64,000 bases of DNA from an uncultured Gammaproteobacteria bacterium (GCA_964561945.1 CAZLQM010000002.1:13087-77086); one strand, 5' to 3'. Positions 54,301-63,681 are shown, numbered from the stretch's first letter. Made by a program: numbers and translations. Notes: a model not told the origin generated them from the sequence alone.

Positions 54301-54384
54301 AGGGCCTCCAACCACTGAGTATCCCAGCTCTTCGAGCCAATCAAGGGTTGCTAGTTCTAGATCTGTTTCTGTGTATTTAGCCAT
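51304..54384 (-). CDS. hsdR: type I restriction enzyme R subunit
   Basis: N-terminal [22 protein letters not shown], helicase motif I TQGSGKS, motif II DEAHRSQ, 1026 aa. Confidence 0.95.
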   Translation of the reverse strand: MAKYTETDLELATLDWLEELGYSVVGGPEIAPPPDGENPERESYGDVVLVDRLRSAINKFNPDIPEDAKEEAFKKVVQVAHATPSLVMNNKIFHGYLRDGVDVEYMRDDGSVAGDKVKLAEFGDLESNDFLAVNQYTIIENNRNRRPDVIVFVNGLPVVVIELKNPGDEKATVKNAYNQIQTYKQDIPTLFAYNELCVISDGIDARVGTISASIEWFTRWRTVDGEELAPTALPQLEVLLKGIFDKSRLLDLISNFIVFDTDGDKTIKKAAAYHQYYATNKAVESTMKATKEEGDRRAGVVWHTQGSGKSLTMVFYSGKVVQELNNPTLVVLTDRNDLDQQLFGTFSRCSELLRQTPKQADSREQLQELLHVASGGVIFTTIQKFLPQNGHTSYPMLSDRKNIVVIADEAHRSQYEFITGFARHLRDALPNASFIGFTGTPVELTDRNTRAVFGEYVDVYDVTRAVEDNATVPIYYEARLARIELKKEEQPRIDPEFEELTEGEEVERKEKLKSKWARLEAMVGSEKRIALVARDLVDHFENRLSAIDGKGMIVAMSRRIAVDLYNEIVKLRPNWHSDDDNKGFIKVVMTGSAADPMNFQPHIRPKHALDEMARRMKDPEDELKLVIVRDMWLTGFDVPSLHTMYVDKPMKGHGLMQAIARVNRVYKDKQGGLIVDYIGIAPELKEALSYYSETDRQETAIPQDEAVAVLMEKYEVVKGMLHGYDYQKYFTGTPGERTQVISGATDFVLGLTDGKKRYLKAVTELSKSFSLAVPHDKALEIKDEVGFFQIVKSGLVKMEPHGGGPTDEDYDAAIKQIVSTAVTSDAVVDIYSAAGIKAPDISIFSEEFLEEVKNLKHKNVALELLKKLLNDELKMMERTNLVKSRSFAEMLAETIRKYQNRTLEAAQVIAELLELAKKIKTEKNKGEDLGLTEDEVAFYDALANNESAVRELGDETLKAMAKELVVMLRKNTTIDWTIKESIQARLRVYVKRLLKKYKYPPDKQESATKTMLEQAELLARDWTGEK

Positions 54385-54386
54385 TT

Positions 54387-55679
54387 TTATCTGCTTTTTT
54401 TTAACTTATTCAACATATTATTGAAGGTGTCTCTTAAGTCATCATAAGTGAATATCTTTATATTTTTTAGTGAGTTATTTAGTCTCTTAAAGTCATTTTT
54501 CATTTTTACCTTTTTGCTGTTACTAAAACTGCTGGTTTGTTTGCCTGCCAACATTGATCTAGAGCCAGCGATGATATAGACACTCGGCCTTACAGCATCA
54601 ACATTTATATTGTATTCATCTCTTATATTTTTGATTACTTCTGCTTCTCTGCCAACAACGGCATCAATATAATTTTCAGATTGTGAGACAGCTTTAGCTA
54701 TATCAGCATGCCAATAAAAATTGTTTCTTCCCGAATCGAAACTTAGAATCTGTGTTAGATGAGTTTTGATTTCATAAATATCCAAAAAACTATAAGTGTC
54801 CAAAAGTATGAAGTCTGGATAATTTACTTTTTTGTCTCCGAATACTTTTTCCTTTTCAAATCTATCGACATACCCAAAGTTAAAATACAAAATGTTATCT
54901 CTTAGGAAGCCTTGCCATTTATCTTCTAATCGTTTTGAGTTAGATTTTTGATTCAAGATCTTGTCGAAATCCTCAAGGATTTTTTCGAAATATATATAGT
55001 CAACCTCTTTCTTTGTAGCAACAATTTTTTCTTTGCTCTGAGTAGTCTGGTTTTTTAATGAGTTTGATAAAAGACTCGTGAGCTTATTCACCTCATCATC
55101 TGTCAAATCCGTGGCATTAACACCATATCGACTGAAAATTCTTGATATTTCCCCAGTCGGATATCTTTGTGTTGCTTTCTTAAATGCTGAAGGGAAAATA
55201 TCATATAAAAGATTATTTACAATCGTTTCTGACTCATCCTTATGCTTCGTAAGCATGTCTTTTATTTGTCTACGAGCTTTTTCAAGCACTTCGTAACTGA
55301 GAACAATTGTTCTTTTTAGTATCTGAGATGAACGTTTTTGTGATACTACCAATCTGTTAACACTGGGGTACTCCTTTTGGAGTTTATATAAAAGTGGGCT
55401 AAGCTCTCTGGTGAATCCATACCCCGTCTTATATGATTTAAGAAAACCTGGCGGTAACGTTTTTATAACAGCAACATCTTCATAACAGATTTCTTTGATA
55501 TTGTTATACTTTTGTTTCCCATCCCTCAGATTAAAAGGAAAGTGTGCTTCTTTATGCTTATAGACTTCTCTGGATTTCCTATCTATCGCTCCAGATTCAT
55601 CTGCATAGAAAAACACTGTTTTATTTTTTAGTAGCTGCTTTTGATACTCTGCCTTATCGACTTTTACGTTTTTATGCAT
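54387..55679 (-). CDS. protein with C-terminal Shedu/DUF4263-like PD-(D/E)xK nuclease-fold domain and unknown N-terminal domain
   Basis: [17 protein letters not shown]...[27 protein letters not shown]...[17 protein letters not shown] has the D...D/ExK...Q..Y arrangement of DUF4263. Start is 2 nt upstream of hsdR and 7 nt downstream of the ATPase. Confidence 0.5.
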   Translation of the reverse strand: MHKNVKVDKAEYQKQLLKNKTVFFYADESGAIDRKSREVYKHKEAHFPFNLRDGKQKYNNIKEICYEDVAVIKTLPPGFLKSYKTGYGFTRELSPLLYKLQKEYPSVNRLVVSQKRSSQILKRTIVLSYEVLEKARRQIKDMLTKHKDESETIVNNLLYDIFPSAFKKATQRYPTGEISRIFSRYGVNATDLTDDEVNKLTSLLSNSLKNQTTQSKEKIVATKKEVDYIYFEKILEDFDKILNQKSNSKRLEDKWQGFLRDNILYFNFGYVDRFEKEKVFGDKKVNYPDFILLDTYSFLDIYEIKTHLTQILSFDSGRNNFYWHADIAKAVSQSENYIDAVVGREAEVIKNIRDEYNINVDAVRPSVYIIAGSRSMLAGKQTSSFSNSKKVKMKNDFKRLNNSLKNIKIFTYDDLRDTFNNMLNKLKKSR

Positions 55680-55686
55680 ACATTGT

Positions 55687-57102
55687 TTACAGATTTATTT
55701 CTTTCAAATACTCACGCATTTTTTCTATTGAACTTCTCAGTGAAGTTGGACCTGGCCTACCATTATCCCGAGCGTGATGAATCTGATTTCTTATAAAAGT
55801 GTGTACACTAACCTCATTCGGATTACCCATCCAAGGTGAATTGGCTGGTTCATTATGTACTCGCTGGAAATAATCTACATCGTATGGTTTAATCTTTTTT
55901 CCTTGTCCGTTTTGATAATATAACTCCTCATATAGTTCGTTATGATATTCCTCGGTAGCCAATCCAAAAGCTAAAAAGTTGACTTCGCTAGACGAAATAT
56001 AGGGCAACAGTCTATCCTCCACTGGAACTACTGACACATCATTACCATTTTTTTTCAAAACATTTGCCTGCACTGATTCATTGAAAAACAACTGTTTTAC
56101 TAACAAGGGTGAATGTGTGGTTATTATTATTTGTGCAGTTTTAGAAAATTCGATCAATAAATCTACAAACTTACCTTGAAGCGATGGATGTAAATGCAAC
56201 TCTGGCTCGTCTATCAACACGATAAGTTGTTTACCACTCTGTTGAGAAAGATAGAAAGAATACAGCAATGAAAAGATCATCTCATAACCAGATCCCATCA
56301 TATCTAAAGGAATTTGTTGATTGTTTTCCTTCTTCTTAGCAAAAAAACACTTTCCAAATGGTTGCCAATTGTCAACAAAGTTGAGTGAAATCTTCGAACC
56401 GCTCACTTCCTCGAATTTATTGATTGCACTTACCAATAATTCATTTTCCACTGAAGCCTTAACCGCATCCAGCTTCGCACTTTCGTCTTCAATCCCATCT
56501 TCTTTACCCTTAATATACTGATAGTTGAAGTCCTCCATTAAACGATCAAAGCGGGTAGAGTTGTATGTCCCAGATCTAATTTGAAAAGTCCTATTTCGAT
56601 CCAAAAATAAAATATCATTTTCACTAAATCTTTGCCCCTTAAAAGGGTTGTTTACGTTAACACGAAGATCAGGACTGTTATCGCTAGGCTTCGACTGATT
56701 ATCTGCCTTAATAAATTTTTGATCGCTGACAACAATCGAAGATAAATATGATTGATTTCCTCTAGATCTAACACCCGCCTCAAAAGAAAAACCCTTCGCT
56801 TGAAATGAGCCTCTCGGCATTGTACCGTCAACCTCGAAGTTTCCACTAGCTAAGACTTCGATATGAGATTTCTTGTCAGGATCATCAAAATCCTGCAAAG
56901 AGAAACTCTCTGCCTTGTAATTCAAAAGTGGTAGTGCAATAGCATCGAGTAACGCTGTTTTTCCACAACCATTCTCACCAACAAACACAGAAAGGCCACT
57001 GCCCTCATTAGTGTCATCAGGAATGTTAATATCATCCAAAGTAAATATGCTTTCCGATGGAAATAGCCTAAAATTTTGTACTTTTATTGTTTTTATAAAC
57101 AT
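55687..57102 (-). CDS. ABC-type (AAA_15/AAA_21-family) ATPase with possible HEPN-like (R-x4-H) C-terminal tail; PrrC/OLD/PtuA/AriA-like
   Basis: IKVQNFRLF, Walker A GENGCGKTALLDAI, LIVLIDEPELHLHPSLQ (Walker B/D-loop), IIITTHSPLL (H-loop) and C-terminal FIRNQIHHARD. Confidence 0.6.
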   Translation of the reverse strand: MFIKTIKVQNFRLFPSESIFTLDDINIPDDTNEGSGLSVFVGENGCGKTALLDAIALPLLNYKAESFSLQDFDDPDKKSHIEVLASGNFEVDGTMPRGSFQAKGFSFEAGVRSRGNQSYLSSIVVSDQKFIKADNQSKPSDNSPDLRVNVNNPFKGQRFSENDILFLDRNRTFQIRSGTYNSTRFDRLMEDFNYQYIKGKEDGIEDESAKLDAVKASVENELLVSAINKFEEVSGSKISLNFVDNWQPFGKCFFAKKKENNQQIPLDMMGSGYEMIFSLLYSFYLSQQSGKQLIVLIDEPELHLHPSLQGKFVDLLIEFSKTAQIIITTHSPLLVKQLFFNESVQANVLKKNGNDVSVVPVEDRLLPYISSSEVNFLAFGLATEEYHNELYEELYYQNGQGKKIKPYDVDYFQRVHNEPANSPWMGNPNEVSVHTFIRNQIHHARDNGRPGPTSLRSSIEKMREYLKEINL

Positions 57103-57104
57103 AC

Positions 57105-57797
57105 TTAGCCAATAAGATCGTCAACTTTAATTTCACCCGCCAACATTAATGGCATAATTTTATTAATTATCGCTTTTATGCTTTTATTTCTGTCATGGAT
57201 TCTTAACATTTCTTCAGCAGTACTAGAAGATTGCTCGATAGGGACACCTAATAACTCCACATATTGGAGAGAACTAATAAAATTGACTACCTTATCTTGT
57301 TCTTCCAGAGTAGGTACTGCAATTTCGAACTCAAACAAATCATACTTATACAATTCAGGATAGGTTGAACCGTTCGCAACCTTATCAAGATACAACTTAT
57401 TCACCTTTAACCAGTAGGCGAGGTATTTTGGCCTTATCATTGGGCCACACTCGAAGTTAAGAAACCCTTGATTTGTGGCCATTGGAACGGAGTTAATAAC
57501 GACACAACCAACAGGTGCTCTTTTTGACAACATCACAGTTCCTGGCTGAAGAATTTTTGCTGAGCTACTTGCTATACCTTCATGAGTTACATATCTTTCT
57601 GTCGAACTCACATAGAGTTGTCCATCTAGATTTGTGATTTCTTTTGGGGTTAACCATGGGATATTCCCTCCCCAGTAGTTATCGTTTCTAGTACTCGGTG
57701 TACTACCACTGCTGACATTTTTAATAATGCCATCTTTTGAAGGCATTAGAGTACTTTTTAACCACTTTGTCGGTTGATCTAAATATGGTTTAGCCAT
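57105..57797 (-). CDS. hsdS: type I R-M specificity subunit, single-TRD (half-size) form
   Basis: GSTPSTRNDNYWGGNIPWLTPKEI...LQPGTVMLSKRAPVG pattern of an HsdS target-recognition domain. 230 aa. Confidence 0.85.
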   Translation of the reverse strand: MAKPYLDQPTKWLKSTLMPSKDGIIKNVSSGSTPSTRNDNYWGGNIPWLTPKEITNLDGQLYVSSTERYVTHEGIASSSAKILQPGTVMLSKRAPVGCVVINSVPMATNQGFLNFECGPMIRPKYLAYWLKVNKLYLDKVANGSTYPELYKYDLFEFEIAVPTLEEQDKVVNFISSLQYVELLGVPIEQSSSTAEEMLRIHDRNKSIKAIINKIMPLMLAGEIKVDDLIG

Positions 57798-59316
57798 TTT
57801 TTACTTTCAACAAATTTTCTTTAACTAATAGTGATAACTTTGTAACTTCATTTAAACGTCTTTCAATAATATCCATAGAGGTTACTAGCTCATCTTGACT
57901 TACCTCAATCTTTTCCTCATCACTAAAACCAACATACCTACCAGGAACCAGGGCATATTGATGTTCAGCGATTTCTGACAATTTTGCAGAGTAAGTAAAA
58001 CCAGAGGCATTTATATATTGTGGTTGAGTTTTCCATTTTTTATATTCATTGACTATTCGTGAAATTTCTTCGCTCTTAAATACCTTATGCGTTCTATCTT
58101 CCAGCACACCCCATGATCGAACATCAACAAACAACACCTCCCCTTGTCGGTTCCTCTCATTTGTCCTTTTGTTTCTTGTTACAAACCAGAGTGATGCTGA
58201 AATTTGTGTGTTGTAGAACAATTGTGTGGGCAGTGATATAACACAATCTATTAAATCGCTATCAACCAATGACTGTCTTATTTGTTTTTCAGATTTCTTA
58301 TTTGTTGACAATGATCCATTTGCAAGAACAAACCCAGCGATGCCTGTAGGTGAGAGGTGATGGATAAAATGCTGAATCCAAGCATAGTTAGCATTGCCAG
58401 TGGGCGGAGTGCCGAATTTCCACCGCACATCATCTTTGTATTTCTCTCCACCCCAGTCACTATCATTGAAAGGAGGATTGGCCAAAACAAAATCAGCCTT
58501 TAGATCTGGATGCTGATCTTTGGCGAAACTATCGGCATTTCCCTCACCTAAATTCCCCTCGATACCTCGAATAGCCAAGTTCATTTTGGCTAACTTCCAA
58601 GTAGTCGGATTGCTCTCTTGTCCGTATACCGCAATATCACCAACTCTACCGCCATGCTCCTCTACAAATTTCTCGCTCTGAACAAACATCCCACCACTAC
58701 CACAGCAGGGATCAAATACACGGCCTTTGTAGGGCTCTATCATCTGTACCAACAGCTTTACCACAGAAGCAGGAGTGTAGAACTCACCGCCACCTTTACC
58801 CTCGGCACTGGCAAATCTACCGATAAAGTATTCATACACACGGCCTAACAAATCCTTTGACTTTGATTCTTTATCACCCAAACCAAGAGAGCTAAAAATA
58901 TCAATAATTTCACCCAATCGTTGTTTGTTGAGATCAGGGCGAGCATACCTTTTAGGGAGAACGCCCTTAAGGCTCGGGTTTTCCTTTTCGATGGCGATCA
59001 TGGCATCATCCACAATCTTGCCGATTTCTGGCTTCTTGGCGTTTTGCTTTAGGTAATCCCAGCGGGCAATCTCTGGCACCCAAAATACATTTCTCGCCTT
59101 GTAGGCGTCTTTGTCTTCCCACTCACCGTCATAGGCTTCTGTGTCATTCTTGATGGATTGATAGGTTTCTTCGAAAGAATCGGAGATATATTTGAGGAAA
59201 ATAAGGCCAAGCACCACATGTTTATATTCAGCAGGATCCATGTGGCCACGCATCTTATCTGCTGCTGCCCATAATTTCTTTTCGAAACCAAGATTAGCTG
59301 ATGTTTGTTTTGTCAT
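57790..59316 (-). CDS. hsdM: type I R-M N6-adenine DNA methyltransferase subunit
   Basis: HsdM N-terminal domain, SAM motif DPCCGSGGM and catalytic VLANPPFN. Start trimmed from 59424 to the MTKQ Met to remove overlap with the Xis-like gene. Confidence 0.9.
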   Translation of the reverse strand: MTKQTSANLGFEKKLWAAADKMRGHMDPAEYKHVVLGLIFLKYISDSFEETYQSIKNDTEAYDGEWEDKDAYKARNVFWVPEIARWDYLKQNAKKPEIGKIVDDAMIAIEKENPSLKGVLPKRYARPDLNKQRLGEIIDIFSSLGLGDKESKSKDLLGRVYEYFIGRFASAEGKGGGEFYTPASVVKLLVQMIEPYKGRVFDPCCGSGGMFVQSEKFVEEHGGRVGDIAVYGQESNPTTWKLAKMNLAIRGIEGNLGEGNADSFAKDQHPDLKADFVLANPPFNDSDWGGEKYKDDVRWKFGTPPTGNANYAWIQHFIHHLSPTGIAGFVLANGSLSTNKKSEKQIRQSLVDSDLIDCVISLPTQLFYNTQISASLWFVTRNKRTNERNRQGEVLFVDVRSWGVLEDRTHKVFKSEEISRIVNEYKKWKTQPQYINASGFTYSAKLSEIAEHQYALVPGRYVGFSDEEKIEVSQDELVTSMDIIERRLNEVTKLSLLVKENLLKVKNG

Positions 59317-59344
59317 AATTTTCTTAATTCTCTTATTTAATTTT

Positions 59345-59536
59345 CTATCTATTACGCGAGATGTACGCTTCGATGTCTTTCTTGCGATACCGTCTATCTC
59401 CCACACCTTTGCGATTGCCCACACGGACGGCTTTGAGTAATCCCTGCCTGTCCCATCGCCGAAGCGTCTGGGTGCTTACATTCAAAATCTTTGCTGCTTG
59501 CTTAATGGAAAGCAATTCCTCAAGTTGTTCATTCAT
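59345..59536 (-). CDS. excisionase/MerR-type HTH (HTH_17) DNA-binding protein
   Basis: LSIKQAAKILNVSTQTLRRWDRQGLLKAVRVG. Confidence 0.65.
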   Translation of the reverse strand: MNEQLEELLSIKQAAKILNVSTQTLRRWDRQGLLKAVRVGNRKGVGDRRYRKKDIEAYISRNR

Positions 59537-59843
59537 ACAAGTTAATCTTTATTATACAAAATTGTTCAAACAAAAAGAATGTATAAATCTAGTTAGTGGC
59601 TAGTTTATTACCCCTACTTATTAACTGGATTCCTATTAACTCCAAAGACTATTTCTTACTGATTTTGCCTAGAAGTAATAGACTTGAAACAGAAATAACT
59701 AGGGATGTTCATAACCCTAGTTACATTTACAAAATATGTGTATGTAGGGATATAAACCCAAGGCTGACAACATCTCAGACAGACATGCTTTAAATTCAAT
59801 GGAGATCAAAATGTACAATCCTGCTGGGGAGGGGTATGCCTGA

Positions 59844-60083
59844 TCACTTATCTTCTTTCTTACTAAACAACGTTTCCTTAACTGGATAGTCATTGCTTCC
59901 ATATTCATCCAAAAAATCTTCAATCGCTTTTTGTGTAAACCTATACTTCCCTTTAGTGCCAGGCAACTTAACGTACTTGATTTGTTCATTACGACACCAA
60001 CGCCTTACGGTTTCACCGCTAACGCTAAACATTTTCATTAGATCTTCAACTGTGTACTTAAACTCAAGATTTATGTTGGACAT
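59844..60083 (-). CDS. excisionase/AlpA-type HTH (HTH_17) DNA-binding protein
   Basis: LMKMFSVSGETVRRWCRNEQIKYVKLPGTKGKYRF. Start trimmed to MSNIN. Confidence 0.6.
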   Translation of the reverse strand: MSNINLEFKYTVEDLMKMFSVSGETVRRWCRNEQIKYVKLPGTKGKYRFTQKAIEDFLDEYGSNDYPVKETLFSKKEDK

Positions 60084-60397
60084 AATAAGTAGGATTGTAA
60101 ACATTTTATGCACGCAATGCAACTAGTGCTTGACATTCAGTTAATAATTGTTAATAATGAGGTTATGTTGCATAACATGTATAACGTGCATAATAAGAAG
60201 GGATGTCAAACAACCAAGAGTGAATGGTTGGATGTACTAGCCCAGAAGATCGCCGAAGTTCGGTTATCAGAACTTGGGTTTAATTTCATCCCAGGCATTG
60301 CCCCTTACTTCAAAAGGTTCAGGAAAAGTCTGGAGGCTAAGGCCTTCATAGTTAAGAGTGTGAGTTTAGTAAGAAATGATCCAAATACTATAAAAAG

Positions 60398-60715
60398 ATG
60401 AAAAAACGTGCTTACGGTTTCGTTAGGTGGAACAAAGAGAAAAACTCAACTCCCCCTCTCGAAACACAGAAAGCACGCATCAATGACTACTGCAACAAAA
60501 ATAAACTCGAATTGGTAGAAACTTTTGTTGACACTTCATCCCCCGTTCATAGTGTGTTCGATCAAATGATGTCTAGGTGTAGGAAAAAAGACTCAATCCA
60601 AGAGATTGTAGTCACTAGCTGGGACAGGATTTCTGATGACGAAACCGAATTTTGCCTCATCGAAACTATCCTAGATCGAAAACATATTAAGTTAATCAAA
60701 TTGGAGGAACTATGA
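60398..60715 (+). CDS. resolvase N-terminal-domain-like protein lacking catalytic serine
   Basis: Collinear with serine-recombinase catalytic domain (..ELVETFVDTSS...IQEIVVTSWDRISDD), but the YxRVSxxxQ position reads FVRWNKEKN. Confidence 0.4.
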   Translation: MKKRAYGFVRWNKEKNSTPPLETQKARINDYCNKNKLELVETFVDTSSPVHSVFDQMMSRCRKKDSIQEIVVTSWDRISDDETEFCLIETILDRKHIKLIKLEEL

Positions 60716-61176
60716 AAAACAAAAAACAAACCAAGAAAGCAGTGGTGTACGCCAAAGTAGCATCACCAGCAGTAGATACTACCCAACAATCAACTGATTC
60801 ACAGGAAAGGGCATGTAGGGAGTGGGCAAGGCAAAATGGTTACGAAATTGTCGGCGAGTATCAAGACGTTTGCTTCAATGACTCAAAACTAGACGACAGA
60901 AAAGCATTGATTGATACCATTGCGAGATGTCAGAGCAAAACTAGCCCGATTGACGTATTGCTTGTTACAGATTTGGATAGGTTATCCAGAAACACCGTTG
61001 AGCTACTTTTTATCAAAAGCCAGATTGATTTGAACGGCACAAAAATAATTACTGTAAACCAGCAAATGACAGAAGATTTCACAAAAGGCCAGCTATTCGA
61101 ATCTGTTATCGCAAGTGCTAATGCTTTTTCTAGAACAATTGAAAGGAGGAAATATGAAAAAAGCAGTAATCTATAA
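60712..61176 (+). CDS. resolvase-domain paralog (N-terminal domain only, catalytic Ser apparently replaced)
   Basis: Residue-by-residue paralog of the downstream recombinase N-domain (AVVYAKVASP vs AVIYNRVSDA; VLLVTDLDRLSRN vs VLLVIDTDRLARN). SD GGAGGA upstream. Confidence 0.5.
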   Translation: MKNKKQTKKAVVYAKVASPAVDTTQQSTDSQERACREWARQNGYEIVGEYQDVCFNDSKLDDRKALIDTIARCQSKTSPIDVLLVTDLDRLSRNTVELLFIKSQIDLNGTKIITVNQQMTEDFTKGQLFESVIASANAFSRTIERRKYEKSSNL

Positions 61177-62644
61177 TCGCGTATCTGATGCGGGACAACT
61201 TGAGGGACAATCCTTAGAGGTACAGCAAGAGTTGTGTGCTAAATGGGCACGAGAGCACCAGTATCAAGTAGTAGGCGTGTTTACCGATGCAGCCAAGAGT
61301 GGCACCAAAACAGTCGGGCGTGAGGCTTTGGATGATGCCATTATTAGATGTACAGACAAATCTGATCCAGTTGATGTGTTACTTGTCATTGATACAGATA
61401 GACTTGCCAGAAACGAGGTTGATCACTTCTTTATCAAAAATGAATTGAAGAAAACCAACACTCGAATAGTGGCTATCAATCAACCGATGATAAATGATAC
61501 TGCTGAAGGCCAGTTTTTCGAAACCATCATGGCTGGCACCAATGCCTTTTATAGTAGATTGACAGGTAGAAAAGTTAAGAAAACCTTAGAGAAGAAATGC
61601 CGAGATGGTGATTGGCCAGGCCCTCCGCCGTTAGGTTATGTTAACGCCAACATTGGCACCAAAGACAAACCTCATCGAGTTATAAAGATTGATCCAGAAC
61701 GAGGAAAATACTTGACTGAGATGTTTCGGCTGTTTAGCACGGATAAATACAGTGTCGATCAGATCCGAGATATGCTCTATGAGGATGGATTGAGATCCAA
61801 AAATGGCAAAAAAGTGTCTCGCAGTTGCCTCTACAGCTACCTCAAAAATGTTTTCTATATTGGCAAGTTCGTATATAAGGATGAAGAGTACAGAGGAAAT
61901 CACAAACCACTTACCACCAAGACGATCTTTGATCTATGTCAGAAGATAATGGAGAGAAACAACCACAACGCCTGTAGACGAAGGAAATACAAATGGTTGC
62001 TTACAGGTGTGGCCTACTGTCATAAATGTGGCTCCAGACTGTATTGCAGCCATAACCACAAAAAGAAGATGGCCTACTATCACGGCTCATACCCTAAAGG
62101 TTGTAAGCAATATATACCATTGGAAGAGTTAGAGGATTTAGTAGCCGAAGAGTTGAAAAACATCAAGTTTTCAGAGGAGTTTAAGCAAAAGATACATGAC
62201 AAAGCCAAAGAGTTGATCCAACAGACAAGAGAGTCCCGAAATGAGGAGGTTCAGCGTCTAAGGAACAAGGTTAAGGCTCTAGAGACAAGAAGAAACATCC
62301 TAGAAGATAGCCTGCTGGATGGAACAGTTGATAAGGCCACTTTTAAGAGGAAGCATGGGGAGATCAACTATGAGATCCAGGGATACGAGAATGATATTGC
62401 CAATATCGAAAACCAGAGAGGCTTTGATGTTAATCTAGCCTCCGAGATACTCGATCTGGATACCAATCTATACGAAACGTACCAGAACGCCGTTTTTGAG
62501 GCCAAGAAGCATTATCTATCTATTTTCTTTGAAAAAATCGAGGTAGCAGACAAAAAGATCCAACATGTAACCTATTCGCCATTGTTTCAAAAACTACTTG
62601 ATGCCGAACAGGTTACAGTTAGTTCGAAAAGGCTCCCCGACTAG
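61154..62644 (+). CDS. large serine recombinase (integrase)
   Basis: Resolvase domain IYNRVSDAGQ...DRLARN, recombinase domain, Zn-ribbon CHKCGSRLYC, coiled-coil. Strong SD AGGAGG at 61145-61150. Stop codon lies inside the 3' end of tRNA-Asn. Confidence 0.85.
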   Translation: MKKAVIYNRVSDAGQLEGQSLEVQQELCAKWAREHQYQVVGVFTDAAKSGTKTVGREALDDAIIRCTDKSDPVDVLLVIDTDRLARNEVDHFFIKNELKKTNTRIVAINQPMINDTAEGQFFETIMAGTNAFYSRLTGRKVKKTLEKKCRDGDWPGPPPLGYVNANIGTKDKPHRVIKIDPERGKYLTEMFRLFSTDKYSVDQIRDMLYEDGLRSKNGKKVSRSCLYSYLKNVFYIGKFVYKDEEYRGNHKPLTTKTIFDLCQKIMERNNHNACRRRKYKWLLTGVAYCHKCGSRLYCSHNHKKKMAYYHGSYPKGCKQYIPLEELEDLVAEELKNIKFSEEFKQKIHDKAKELIQQTRESRNEEVQRLRNKVKALETRRNILEDSLLDGTVDKATFKRKHGEINYEIQGYENDIANIENQRGFDVNLASEILDLDTNLYETYQNAVFEAKKHYLSIFFEKIEVADKKIQHVTYSPLFQKLLDAEQVTVSSKRLPD

Positions 62645-62704
62645 GACTCGAACCTAGAACCTTGAAGTTAACAGCTTCCTGCTCTGCCATTGAGCTATCG
62701 GGGA
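62633..62704 (-). tRNA. tRNA-Asn (GUU)
   Basis: Manual fold gives acceptor UCCCCGA/UCGGGGA, D-arm GCUC-AAUGGC-AGAGC, anticodon loop CUGUUAA and T-arm CUAGG-UUCGAGU-CCUAG. Confidence 0.85.
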
Positions 62705-62829
62705 TTAATTTTTAAATAGCCAATACTTACAAAACCCAAAAAGTACCAACTGCACGCTATTATACTCAAAACCCCCAAATTTTAGAAACACTAAAAAACT
62801 CCTCCCGTTGTGATATAAATTTATCTACC

Positions 62830-63681
62830 ATGAACGAAACACCCTATCCCACAATCACCAGATTCCCCATTCCACCACGATCCACCGCCGAAAAGCTCAA
62901 GTCACACATCCATCAAGTCATAGACTTTGGAACAACTCAAGAAGATCAAAAAATCAGTCATGTACTTGAACAACTAACCCAAAAACCCCTACCCAAAGGA
63001 AAACTTCTTCAATCTAGCCTCAGATTTGTTCTATCCCATTTCCCGCAGAAATTTCGTGACAAACATTTTAATAATTACTTTGCAAACGCCCCAATCCCCG
63101 ACGATAACACCCAGCTTGAAGTCATAGGTGAAGGCGGAGTTAACAAAGTATTTGCCATCTCTCTGGACTCTCAATCACCTTCGATTGCAATCGGAATAAG
63201 TAAAAAAGATTTCGAATCCAAAGACGAAGCCTTTACATTTGCAGAACATCAACAACAAGAGCATGACTTAATCGCATCCTTCTTCCAACACATTCCTAAT
63301 GTTATTCCTGACGAACAATACGCTATTTTTCAAGGGCCTCGCCAAAAATATAACGTCATGCACTTCCAAAACTTTGTTGAAGGTCCAATCCGAGATTTTT
63401 TTGATATGCCCGCACAAGAACTCCAAGCATTAATCCAATCCAATCCTCAATTCAATGATCAACTTAAAAAATTTGCACAAACCTGCCATGAACATTCTGA
63501 TTTTTTTATCCAAAGCCAAATTGATTTCCTCGGCCCCAAGAATCTTGCCATAATTGGAAAAGAAGGTCGCGAACAATTATTATTCCTCGACCCGCACTTC
63601 CGACTCAGCGACCACACACCAGACAAAGAACAAGAAATTTCCAACCGAATTGACTATCTCAGTACTGTTGCAAATCTCTAA
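62830..63681 (+). CDS. hypothetical protein (host-like composition)
   Basis: 283 aa. VIGEGGVNKVFAI is faintly kinase-glycine-loop-like. No firm motifs. Confidence 0.3.
   Translation: MNETPYPTITRFPIPPRSTAEKLKSHIHQVIDFGTTQEDQKISHVLEQLTQKPLPKGKLLQSSLRFVLSHFPQKFRDKHFNNYFANAPIPDDNTQLEVIGEGGVNKVFAISLDSQSPSIAIGISKKDFESKDEAFTFAEHQQQEHDLIASFFQHIPNVIPDEQYAIFQGPRQKYNVMHFQNFVEGPIRDFFDMPAQELQALIQSNPQFNDQLKKFAQTCHEHSDFFIQSQIDFLGPKNLAIIGKEGREQLLFLDPHFRLSDHTPDKEQEISNRIDYLSTVANL

Larger units (their letters stand above)
46790..62704. mobile_element. integrated genomic (defence) island next to tRNA-Asn; contains large serine recombinase, Xis-like HTH genes, type I R-M, GmrSD-like, DUF2726 and an embedded ATPase/nuclease pair
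   Basis: The + strand C+A skew of flanking DNA disappears between ~46.8 and 62.6 kb. The recombinase gene's last codons overlap the 3' end of tRNA-Asn. Cargo is entirely defence/mobility genes. Confidence 0.6.

Noticed and set aside
59317-59424. N-terminal 36-aa extension of hsdM in the ORF track
   Set aside because: It overlaps the Xis-like gene on the same strand in another frame. The internal Met at 59316 gives a canonical HsdM N-terminus, so the gene was trimmed.
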